Below are positions 13,364-24,120 of a stretch of 64,000 nucleotides of DNA, one piece after another. The DNA is from Raillietiella orientalis (lineage: Eukaryota). The translations under genes were made by a program, and so were the position numbers. The notes beneath the pieces are model-generated. The model saw nothing but the letters and a program-made list of their open reading frames with translations, did no database searches and was not told the origin of the DNA. Numbering within the stretch: the first letter of the stretch is position 1; each line of letters opens with the position of its first letter. Location of the stretch: positions 806,001 to 870,000 of the forward strand of contig JAYWIR010000031.1 in the NCBI GenBank assembly GCA_036172245.1, written 5' to 3'.

Positions 13364-15529
13364 ACTATGCTGTAGGATTTTGCAAGGTGTTGTCTGCAGT
13401 GAAGTCGGTGCACAAAGCCAAGTTTGTCCAATAGGTCTTCACTCCGGACGTTTGCACCTCAAAGAAGAATATCATTGCCAAACTCTAGTAGGGAAAGCGA
13501 TGGTAATTTTCAGGAGCGTCTCCAAAATTCTTTTCTTTACGATAGCATTGGAATCAGCTGAAATCACATGTGCACACGTATGAATCCGACCGTGATGAAA
13601 TGGAAGATGAAACAATACGACTGTGTATTCAGATGGTAGAGCTGTCCGAACTGGAGCCATATCTGAAGGCGCCAAAGAGTAAAAAGGCCAAGTAATTGGA
13701 AAGCCTGCTTCCGAGTACCGAGAAGCTGTTCCTGCTGGAGCTCCATTGCTAATTTGCGCTCGCCGCATCTATGAAGGAAAACAAGGAAAAAAAAAATTGT
13801 ACACGGGAAAAGTGTAAAATAATGTGCAGACTTTTTGTTTTCTTTTTCACAAATTGCTGAAAAACTCATCTTGAATTACCAACTATCTATCTTGTAGAGT
13901 GTGTAATAACAGAGAAATAGTGAGGATGTTTCTTTACATATGGCACTATATTGCTGTGTGTGATAAGAAGTAGCTACGTCTTTCCCAGGCATAAACATAT
14001 GATTGCAAATCATGATTCTAAGAGCTCCTGTTAAACAAAAAACATGAATCCAGACAAAAAGCCGAAAACCTCGGGATGTTTATGATATATTTTTCGCAAA
14101 GCTGGCGGATAAATCCAAAGATTTAAATTTCACCCGCTTTCGGTTCAGACTCTCGATGAAGGAAAGTCTCTTACACGAAGTCTTTTGCGTTCTGAGGCCT
14201 TTTGAGAAATTTCAGAAAGGAATTTGGAAAATGTATGCTCCTTTTAAGCGAGAAATCACAGTTTCTTGGATCCCTTTATTTAAGGAATCTGCACATGCCA
14301 CTGAGATGGTTCAGAAAGGAACTAAGGTCAGTTTTTCAGTGGTTTTAATATCTCCCTGATAGCGGAGAAGATGAGTTTCCATTTTTCATTTTTGCAGAAG
14401 AGGTCTTTTTCTGGGTAAAAGTAATCAGAACCAAGGATTGTTTCCCATGAAGGCGATTGCAAATAGTGATTCTCAATCTTCACATGAATAGGCGGTAAGA
14501 AATTTCACCATGGGTGAAATGATGCTTTTGGGGAACCTAAAAAATACTCTCCATAAGTGACGAAGTACAACTGGCATCTTATTACGTAAGCTCTGAAGCT
14601 CAGAGATGACGGAAAATCACATGGTTTTAAGATGAGACGAGAGTCTATTTCTTAGGAGGTACCCGAAAGAGAAAACAGCAATAATTGGTTCAAGAAGATG
14701 TCATCGTGAATAAAACTACCATATACAACATGTCTAACAGCTCATTCAGTACTCGATATCAAATACCAACTTTGTATCATCTCATAGAATAATCTTTTAG
14801 AAAAGCAGTTTCTAAACACGTAATTATTCAGCTTCACTTTTAGAACGAGTATTAAGTATTTGCTGACACAAGTCAGCGAAGATACGATACGGTCACATAA
14901 TTTACCTTTAGAAAAGAAACTTACCTCATTGTGGAACCTCTGAATAGGCGTCCTCACGTAGAAAGAGACGAAAATTTGTCCATGGCGTCAGAATTGCAGT
15001 AAATGGAATGTTTGTGATGGCCGTCGAACGGAGCACAATCAGTCAAGCGCAAAGATATTGCATACGAAACTCTTGAAAGATTTCCTCTTCCAGGAATTGA
15101 ATGTGGGACCGTTTTGCGGTTCCTTCCTTCCTTTTTTTTTTTTTATTCATCGCGTCACTTTTGATGAATCCGTTTTCATGCAAATTTTTCACTTGCGGGT
15201 TGCTGCTGTTCCCATGCCGCTATGCGCTATGGACTGAAAGAAACCTTCATCGCCCGAGCGGCATTATCGAAATAGGTAATTGCATTAATACGAAGACGGT
15301 TTTTCAAAGACCTGTACCGTATGAATCTGGATTTGTATTTGCTCAAGGCATGTGGAAGGAATTCGCCACTTTCATCCAGAGTCTCTTTCCATACGAATGG
15401 AAAATGAACGCCACCGGATTGTGCGATGAAATGTGTAGCCTTCGAGATACGCTTATTTTATTAACAACTGAAGGTTTGTACGAGGGAGTAATTTTCAAGA
15501 ATCATTTCTCTCAGGTTAAATAAAAAAGT

Positions 15530-15986
15530 TCATTCCATAAGTACGGAATCGCTCCTGGGTCCCCTAGGAAAACTTACGACTCCTTCCGAATATCCCGAGT
15601 TCAACAGTCGTCGGCTGGGAGGCTGCTTTGCCAAAAGGATCTCGTGCTGGGATGACGAAACTAAGGCAACAAATCCTTGTGCCATTTGCGGCTCGCGGAG
15701 ACATCTTAATGAGGTGTTCATCTTTTTCGAGCTCTCCCGGATGCGTCCACTTAACAGTTTCTGGAAGCTGCTAGAAAGTGGAGCAAGTCTGCTTTGCCAG
15801 GCTGCAGCTCAAGTAAGGAAATGGTTCCTGCAGATTGGGAAACCACTGCGATTAGTAGCCAGCGATCATCGATTCCATCCAGAGAGCGAGATGAATCCAT
15901 GCAACTGCTGGAAAATTCTCGCGCGTAAGCGACAGGAATCAGATGCAGAATTCTTATGGGTTCTTGCGGTCCAAGGGAAGCACTGA
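15530..15986 (+). pseudogene. Possible decayed non-LTR ORF2 C-terminus (zinc-knuckle region)
   Basis: An open frame reads NPCAICGSRRHLNEVFIFFELSRMRPLNSFWKLL, loosely like the CxxC...HxxFxC...FW motif of L1-type ORF2. The key H/C residues are not preserved. Confidence 0.2.
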
Positions 15987-16199
15987 GAGGAAATGCTGCC
16001 AGGTTTCCGAAAGGAAGAGTTTGCGAACGATTCGTGCATCGACTCATCCGTAAGTGTTCCCTACCATGTTGTGTTTAGAATGCACTGCGAGGAACGTGCT
16101 TTTGGTGTAGCAAGCTTGGAGCTTTTGAGCACACTTATGAGGAAATTCAACTGATTCTTAAATAAGGGCGTGGTTCAAAATCCCAAGCGACCAAAGGAA

Positions 16200-16680
16200 A
16201 TGAATACATATATTTATTGTATATATTATTAATTATATTAATAAAATGAATCGGCATTCTAAGCTATTAAATCTATTAATATAGTACACGAAATCATTTG
16301 GGTTACATGAATTGTAATGAATACGTGTATTAATTTATATGTAAGTATACATATTAACATGCATAACAAGCACGTGTATTCATTTTTTATGATTTTTGCA
16401 ATGTACATTAATGTATTAATCTTTATTTTAATGTACGTATTAATATATGTGATGCATACATACATCTATTTCTTATGATTTTTAGCTTTCGATATCCGGG
16501 ATTTCGACAACACCTCTTAAATAAACATTCAGATACGTACGCACACGCACACACACAAATAAATAAATAAATATAAATATATATATATAAATTAAAAGTA
16601 AATTTCCATACAGTATGCGTGTGTATTCGATTGAAATTATCATTTTCACCAATCATCCATATTCGCACAAATCATGAATT
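16200..16680. repeat. AT-rich dispersed repeat island related to 47150-47470
   Basis: Shared words: aagcacgtgt (16368/47449), attaaaa(g)taaatttccata (16591/47414) and atccgg...acaaca (16494/47305), within a sharply AT-rich block. Confidence 0.5.
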
Positions 16681-17974
16681 TACGTAAATCAAGTCTCGCG
16701 GGATGTGGATTTCACTTCTGAGTAACAACTGTGCATCAGGAAGTCGAAGACGTTTGAATTGAAATGGAAAAACAAGTTGCCGGGGATTTTCCTTTCCTGA
16801 TTGCAAAAAGATTCTCCTGATGCACGTTTGATGCGCGAGAGTTTTAGTGATATGTGGTCAAACGGCAAAATGAAGAGCAATCTGATATCATCACACTTAG
16901 AAGATGCTTATCAGGGAAGACCTCTTTCATTCTTGATAAGCAGCATCGGTGATGAAGACTTCAGCAAGGGGATCAAAAAACTGGCACCCATTTGCAATAT
17001 ACATTGACGGCATGATTAGCAAATTCCTTGATACCGAACTGAACGTGCATAAAAAATGGGACGTGCAGAAAACTTCACTCAAGGACTAAAAGATGTGACG
17101 TGTTCTCTCTACCAGATGTGGGATGCTGGAAGGGAATTCAGTCGATCTTCCATGGATACGCGTTTTCTTTTTTTTCAATATTTTTCAAAGCATCATCACA
17201 ATGTGAATGGTCCTTTGCAACAGCTAATGTGTGTGTCTGAGCAATCCGACCCTTTTTACTCTTCTCCGAAGAGACTACCTCTTATCCGTGTTTGCATTTA
17301 CGCGTGATACAGACGATGACACGTTCGCAGCACATCGAGGTCTCGGGTTCCAATCGACAGCGTGTCGTAACGTTTCACGAGGCTCCTCCATGTTTCACTC
17401 GGGCACGAGATAGCACGGGAGTTTCGCACATTCCTCCTTCCATTCGAAAACACCATAGAGGGGAAACGCCTCTGAAAAATCTGGCATCCCTGAGAGCTTT
17501 TCAAGCTACGAGTTGATCGTAGTAACGGATCCGCTACCCGCTTATAACAAGGTCGTTGCTGCGTGCACTATCAACTCACGTCCGGCATCATATCCCCCGA
17601 AGATCACCGTTCTTTTTCTTTTTTTCCTCCCCTCTTCTGATACGTTCTTTGAGCTCCGTATGATCCTTCGCCAATGCTCTCTTACCCATCACCATGGGTA
17701 CTCATTATTCTTGGCATGAGTGATAAACCTCATGCACAGTTATTTGTCCTGTTTCACGAAGGCTCCTCTTTGAGGCTTGCTTTGTTTTCAAATGGGATTG
17801 CTCTGCTTGCATGACCTTTTATTTTTTTTCATCTCGAAGGTCAGCAGCGTCCTAACGAGAGGGTCGCTACTATTGGCCTAGGACGACGGAAATCCTTTCA
17901 TCAGGGTTCGCCGAGATACTCAGGAACCGTACTTAGAAACGGGCCCTCGACGATTCTTTCACACTTCGGGAGGA

Positions 17975-18975
17975 CTGTCAGCCTCACCTGAGGGTGCGTA
18001 GAACTCAGACAGATCCCGACGGACCACCCCAATGGATGCAGCCCCCTTCTTCTCTGGCTCTTCCTCTCCTTGGATGCCTCCGAAGCGAACCTCTTCCTTG
18101 CCCTCCCCGACGGAAACTCCCGAAGGGGACCCGGAAGGGATTTGCTCTCGATTTCTTCTCTGGAGGGAACCCGCAAGAGAACTGCTGCTTCATTGCTCCT
18201 CTGAAGATCTCTCCCTGAAGGGAACAGCATGCTCCCAGTACTCTGGAGAGGCATTCATTTCTCCGAGAAAGGTTAACTAGCTCCATGGTACGCGACAGAA
18301 TGTCTCCCCGAGGGGAGGGTCGATCCCATTTGCACAACTGGGGGTGGAGGGGAGTCCTGAATGGAACTGCCCCCCCCTTGGTTTCTGGCAGGACCCCGGA
18401 CAGTCAACTTTCAATCTTGGCCAGTCAACTGAAGTCCAAACTGAAGGACGGATCGACTGCGCTCCACATTGCCTGCAGAAGAAACAACTGGCGACTCGTA
18501 AAGCTTCTGGTTGGCTTCCAGGCTGATGTGAGCGCCAAGGACGCCAATGGGATCACCCCCCTTCAGATAGCTACCCTACAAGGGAACCTCAAGCTCATGA
18601 AACTCCTCTTGGATTGCAAGGCGGAAGTGGATGCCATGAACTGTCTCGGAACGACCGCGCTTCATATTGCTTCTGCCGATTCCGGGAGCTCACTGGCAGA
18701 ACTGCTTCTGCAGTACGGAGCGGATGTCAACGTGAAGAGGACGCTGGACGGATCGACTGCACTTCACATTGCTACAAGCGGCAGACGGTTTCTCGCCAGT
18801 TCCGCACCCAAAATATAGGCCGACCAGAGCTATCCTGTGGAATTGGAAAGGAGGGGAAGAGGAATCGAAACGCATTTCCCATTCTCGGCGCCGCCTCTTC
18901 CCCGGGCGGGATTCGAACCAGCGACGATTGGTTTCGCGTGCGGCAGCCGCAGCCACGCGGCTGCCATACGCAGGC
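17975..18975 (-). mobile_element. SINE-like GC-rich repeat, copy A, interrupted by an ankyrin cassette
   Basis: Body motifs shared with copies B/C (atttcttctc.ggagggaacccg, agctccatggtac, catttgcacaac). A tRNA-like head at about 18869-18975 has a minus-strand B-box GGTTCGAATCC and aligns with 22474-22580. Confidence 0.7.
18285..18818 (+). CDS. Ankyrin-repeat ORF (3 full repeats and 1 partial; 177 aa) whose termini derive from the surrounding repeat
   Basis: DGSTALHIAC...LVKLLVGFQADVSAKD, NGITPLQIA...LMKLLLDCKAEVDA, LGTTALHIA...LAELLLQYGADVNVK and DGSTALHIA, with no internal stops. The domain call is secure, but functional gene status is uncertain. Confidence 0.7.
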   Translation: MVRDRMSPRGEGRSHLHNWGWRGVLNGTAPPLVSGRTPDSQLSILASQLKSKLKDGSTALHIACRRNNWRLVKLLVGFQADVSAKDANGITPLQIATLQGNLKLMKLLLDCKAEVDAMNCLGTTALHIASADSGSSLAELLLQYGADVNVKRTLDGSTALHIATSGRRFLASSAPKI

Positions 18976-20721
18976 TCGTCAGGGCATCTCCCGTCTCCCT
19001 TTTTTACGTTCCAGGACCGAGCTGTGGACAAGTTTCTATAGATTATATACAGGGATCATAAACTTGCTCCCCCTAAGAGTGACGACGTCGGCTCCCAAAG
19101 CCAACACCGCGTGGCTTTTTCATCGAACTCTGTTCCCCCCCCCACCCCTCTTCCCCCATTCCTGAAGAAACGTCCCTCGAGAAGGTCATTCGTCTTCCCC
19201 GTCGCTTAGAAGAGGGGGGCAACTCGTCCTCATCCAACGGGCACATCCCCAGCTCCAGCCCCGCCACTGGGAACCGGCGCGCCCTTTCGCCGCGGGACCC
19301 GGTGTGGGGAGGACCGGAAAAAGTGGGGCGAAGCTTCTGATCGGTCGAAAGTCCGCGCCACGTCACTCTGCGGAGGCAGAGCGTGCCGAAATGGCGGTAG
19401 GTGGTCCCTCCGAAGCGGCCCGCCCCCTCAGTGAGCCCAGCCGAGAGCGAAATGCCCGAGGTCGCTGGCAGGTTTCCTTGAATCGCAGATCCTGGCGTTG
19501 TCTTTCCTTGATAAGCAGTGAATTTTCAGGACGCTCCGTCGGGAGTACCGTTTCTGGTTCTTCCGGAACGTTTCCTGAACGATGCAGCTCCCTTCTCCGT
19601 TTTGCTGGTCAATGGCGGGGGATTCCCGGAAGACCCCCACTCCCGAGAATTCTGTTCTTGGAGACCACGAGGTGCTCACGAGCTTGAATGGGATCCCCGC
19701 TACAGAAGCCCCGGGAATCCCCTCCATTGCCAGCTGCGTTGCTCTTCTCTTCTCCGGAAGCGTGCAGAGGCTCTCGGGAACCTCACTGTAAAAAGGGGAG
19801 GAAGGAGGGGTGACCTCCGTGACCGAAAACGAGGAGGGTCGGTGCACGCCAGGGACCGAAGCATGCAACGACCATCGGGCGTTGGGGGGGGGGGAGGTTG
19901 AGTCGGATTCTCGAAGGCCTTTGCGGAAGAAAAAGATGGGTCAGTAATCTCGGGATGCCCGAAAAGTTCTCTCCAGCTTCTGTTTTCCCCCAACCCTTCA
20001 GGGAGAGTTTAGGCGAGCATTGGTCTGGATGGCCTTCCGGGAAGACTGCTGCGAAAGTGAATGGCAGCAAGGAAAACGCAGCCGAGTTTCTTACATTTCC
20101 CGAAGCTCCCGTGCCGGAATTTTCACAATTAGAGGAACCAAAAGGAACGACCTACCCCACCACCACCACTGGGGGTGGAACAAGGGAGTAAGAGGGAGGA
20201 TTGGTAAGTCAGTATGGAGGTGGGCGGCCCGGCCTCATCTCAATGAGCATGAATTCCCGAGTTGGCAAGGGTGAGGAAGGAGGGCAAAGGGGATCGGGTA
20301 TGCTCCCTGGCTTCGGGTCAATCTGCCCACAGCCCCTTGCACTTCGCATTCCAGACCGGACCGCTCCCAACGCTCTCCGCAAGCAAGCGGTGACTGATCT
20401 CTGGCTTCTCCGTGGGATGGAGGTTGCATCCACCTTTCATTCGTACGCGACCACCACTTCTCGTACATAGAGGAGGGTCGCTACCGAGGGGGAGAGCGGT
20501 AAGCCTCGGAGGCGAAACGAATCTTTTGTTCAGCCTGCCGATCATGCCTGTGGCACCTGACGAAGAGTTCCCCCTACCCCGTAGTGGGTGCATTCCAGGA
20601 TCCTCGGTTCTTCATCTCGGAACAAGGGCGCTCACGGAAGGACTCCGTGAGCGCCTGCGGCAAGCCAAGCATGACGAGTTTCAGTCTGAGGCGGTGTGCG
20701 AGTCACAGGCACTCGGAGACA

Positions 20722-20749
20722 CTCCTCGGCCCTTTGGCTAAGATCAGAG
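20722..20749 (+). pseudogene. U2: 5' fragment of U2 snRNA (3'-truncated)
   Basis: ctcctcggccctttggctaagatca matches the conserved U2 5' end CTTCTCGGCCTTTTGGCTAAGATCA at 23 of 25 nt. Similarity stops before the GTAGTA branch-point pairing motif. Confidence 0.75.
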
Positions 20750-21274
20750 GTCACTTCGGTTCACGGACTACCTCCCCATCCGTGCCGACGACTCATCTTC
20801 TCTTCCTGTGCGTGAAGCGGCCATGGATTCACCGGAGGATTGCTCTTGTGGGAGATGTGGACTGCAGACTCGCATGCGAGAGCCGCTGCACGAAGCATTC
20901 TTTTTAGGCGCGCTGCCAGGCGGGATGCCACCGCAGGAAGCCTCCGCGATACCTCTACCGTCACAGCAGGATGGAAGATGATGTCAACGAACCAGCGCGT
21001 CCCCGGAGCAAGAGCACACCGACTTACGTCCGGAACCGACAAAGGCGACCAGAAGGGCGACTGCCTGGCAATGCTGAAAGTTGTCTGCCATTTGAAAATG
21101 AAGAGACGGCCTTCAGCCCTGCCAGGCACCAAAAGAGGATCCAAGGATTAAGGCATTGCCCTTTCAGATGAATCGAAAAGGATCAACAGCGAGAGTCCAC
21201 GCCTCTAGAATTGGTTCTTTACTTTTTGGAGGCTCGCGTAGCTCTTTAATACTGTTCCACGCCAGCGAGAGTGC

Positions 21275-21790
21275 TCCCCAACTCTTCAAACTGGGGGCAC
21301 CCAGCAGGGGACGACCTTATGAATCCAGGAAGGGACTCCGGAGGAAGGAGGCCGTTCCTCTCCCCAAGGGAGTCTCTTGCTTATTTCCTCCGGAGGTTAC
21401 CACATGATTATTTCTATTCCGAAGGGAACCTAGAAAGGATCCTCTCCTGGAATTTCTGCTCCGGAGGGAACCCGAAACTTTGTTTCCTCCTCTGAAGAGA
21501 ACCCCGAAGGGACGTCTCCGAATTTTTTCTAAAGGGTTACTACCCGAAGAGGGAGCAGCACACTTCTTCACACTCTGAAGAGGTATTGATCCATCAGCTC
21601 CATGGTACCAAATGGAATGAGTTCCCCCCAAGGGGCGGAGGCGGCGTCATTTGCACAACCAGGGTGGAACCTCGAAGGTAACCGGCTCCTTGATTCTGAT
21701 TCCTGAAAGGATCCTAGAGGGTCGACCTCCAGTCCCGGCCATTCATCGGGGGCGTCCGGGGGTTTCCGGCTTTCACCAGTGCCACCGTCT
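21275..21790 (-). mobile_element. SINE-like GC-rich repeat, copy B body
   Basis: tttctattccgaagggaacc.agaaaggatcctctcctggaatttct.ctcc.gagggaacccg is nearly identical to about 54077-54140. ttcatcgggggc.tccggg is shared with about 54499. Confidence 0.85.
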
Positions 21791-22290
21791 TCAGAGTGCA
21801 CTACAGGCGCTCGGCGCGTTCCAAAGAGGCATGCAGGAATGGGCCGTGGTTTGGAGCGCCTTCGTGTCCCCTCCTTCTCCCCCTGATTTCTGTTTGCCCC
21901 CCTCCATGCAGCATTAGAAAGCGGACGAAGGACCTCCTACGGATCGTCCTCTGGGGCAAAGGGAGACCCGGAGTCCGCCTGAAAGACTTGTGCGCCCCCC
22001 TCAGGAACAGTGGCCCAGACCTCCTCCTGACGCTGGAGCAGATGGAGATGCAGCTCTAGCTTTAGACAATTGTCCTCGTGGCAAACCTCTGGAGCACCAC
22101 CTGGTTCCAGCCTACACGTGTCCTCGTCCGAGAAGCCTCCAGAAGGGTGGGACTCGCGTCCTTCCTTGCGTGGCCGTCCACGAAGTCTCATCCACTGAGG
22201 ACTGCATCTTCGGCAGGCGACCAAGGAATTTTTCAATCATAGAAGGATTCATCCAGAGGGACTTCTCGAGCTCCATGCAGGATGCTTAGT
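21790..22290 (+). mobile_element. Internal fragment of an L1/Tx1-type non-LTR retrotransposon ORF2 (post-RT/thumb region), decayed
   Basis: With a frameshift it reads AVVWSAFV/CPLLLPLISVCPPPCSIRKRTKDLLRIVLWGKGRPGVRLKDLCAPLRNSG, matching the L1-clade PP...FLW.gkrp.v....L..P...GG segment. Stops follow. Confidence 0.6.
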
Positions 22291-22404
22291 TCAGGTTTCA
22301 TTGCATTTACTACGTGCGTCTCTGGTAAACAGGAGGCTTGTGAGGTGGTGGAATGAACGACAGCCTGTTAATTTTTTATAAATAAATGTCCTGGCGTGAC
22401 CGGG

Positions 22405-22580
22405 TGTCAACCAGTGTCACCTCACCCCAATAGGAAAACCAGCTTCATACTGCGAGGAAAAAACGAAATCCACGACGCACTCCCCATTTCTCGGCGTCGA
22501 CGCTTTTCCGGGAAGGATTCGAACCCGCGACGCTTGGTACCACGAGCAGAGACCTCAGCCACGCGGCCTCCAGCGCGGGC
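22405..22580 (-). mobile_element. tRNA-like head and linker of the SINE-like family (probably the displaced head of copy B)
   Basis: The minus strand reads GCCCGCGCTGGAGGCCGCGTGGCTGAGG...GGGTTCGAATCC. It aligns with 54556-54685, including caaccag.g.cac and acgacgca. Confidence 0.75.
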
Positions 22581-23394
22581 GAGATAGAATTAGTTCTGCT
22601 GAGATGTCGGGATCCGAACACTGGTAGAGTCTTCCGTGACTTAGGAGTTCCTAAGCTGCGCATTGCCAAAAAAAATATGAGGTAGCTGATAATTGCCTCG
22701 TGTATCTCATGCAGTCCGAGATGTTTGCTGGCTTAGGCATACACCGGGCGATCCAGACGACTTGAAGAAGGATGCCACGAGAGACGGGATGGATGGGCCG
22801 GAAACAGAAGATTATCACCACGAGGAACGTTTTCAAGAGACAATCCACTGTTTACAGGAATCCTGGGTCAAGGTGGAGTCTTCCGAAGCATTCAGCTGAA
22901 GGCATTTCGCCATCCTGGAAGCAAACAAAGGAACGCGCATCCATGGCAACCAAAGTTTCGTGATAATCACACTCTATCAAAGATCCTGATGAAGTATGAT
23001 TTTACCGAAGTTATCGCGAGGGACTATGCGGAACCCTCAGGCATGCCGAGATCGACTCGAGACAGCCAGAGACGGGAAAACATCCAAAGAGGAGAGAGAA
23101 AGAAGGAGAAATCCGAGAGGGAAGAGATTCCTGGATTCTGAACGGGAAAGATGGCTCGAAAAGTATCTCTGTCGAGTTTGCTTCGGTTCCCGAAAAGCTG
23201 CGAAGAAGGTTTGGACGCAAGGAGAAGCTTCCACAAGGAAGGGAGAATCCTACGGGAGAGGCGACGGCATCGAGCTCACCGAAAGCGATGAGTAGCTCTG
23301 TGTCCCTCCTCGCCTGCGGGAATCACGCAGGCGTCCGAAGGGAGGCTAGGTGAGGCGAGTGCATCACGAGTTGATCAAAATCTCTAGAGCGTCT

Positions 23395-23481
23395 TGTGTA
23401 TTAGCCACGATGATTGGGTTTCCGTCCACGGCTGCGAGGAGCCGCATCCCTTTTCCCCCCTACTGTTAGAAGAGGTGGTCC
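23395..23481 (-). ncRNA. Degenerate HDV-like ribozyme motif
   Basis: The minus strand has GGACCAC...GGC-UCCUCGCA-GCC-GUGGAC-GG...GCUAA, i.e. P3/L3, the P1 3' strand, the P1.1 GG and J4/2 in HDV order. P1 has a mismatch and no convincing P2 partner is present. Confidence 0.4.
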
Positions 23482-23649
23482 AGTTCGAGGGTCCGAGGAG
23501 AAAGGACTCCACCCGGTTAGAGTCGGGACTTTGGAAAAGTGAGAGGTGAGGCCCATGCTTCGCCCATAGCGTGGGAAATCCTCAGGGGAAGAGCAAGTCC
23601 AAGTTGCGGTGGTTGCGGTGGTGGTCTTCTCCTTGGAGAGGCTCGACCG

Positions 23650-24015
23650 GGCATGGAACACCCAATAGCACTCAGGTACGGTGTTCCTCGAGCGTAGCCG
23701 CACAATCCGGGGAGCAGCTGTGCCCCTAGAAAGATCCATTTCACAAAACGCGGAGGGGTAGGGAGCGCACTCGATGCTTCTCGTACCCTGGATCAGCAAG
23801 ATTCTTTCCTGCAGCTCTTTGGGAAAATTCCTTAGCAGCAAAGACCGTGTAGAATTTGGAAGGTCTGCTTCTCGTAGGCTGGACAGAGTGCAAATCCGAC
23901 ACTTTACCTTTTTCGTGTCTGTTGGGCTTGTTCGTGTTCAGCAGTTGGGTCCACATGACTGACCACGGATTCTTCTGTTCCAGGGCCAAGGCACGCATCA
24001 GAGGAATTGCATTGT
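23650..24015 (-). mobile_element. Possible second decayed non-LTR ORF2 C-terminus
   Basis: Across frameshifts: PWSVMWTQLLNTNKP / EKVKCRICT / QTFQILHGLC, resembling a W...L.T...CxxC...H...C knuckle region. Heavily degraded. Confidence 0.28.
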
Positions 24016-24120
24016 TTGAATGCATTATTGAATTAACAATTCAATAATGCATTACAAAAGAGGCTCTTTCATATTCTTCCGTGTTTCCTCAGCTGTCTAT
24101 CTGCAGTGCCTTTTGTCCCC

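Noticed and set aside
20722..20746. Intact U2 gene, or an HDV-like motif (UCCUCG...GCUAA)
   Set aside because: There is no U2 sequence beyond about nt 30 and no Sm site. P3 pairing and spacing do not fit an HDV fold.
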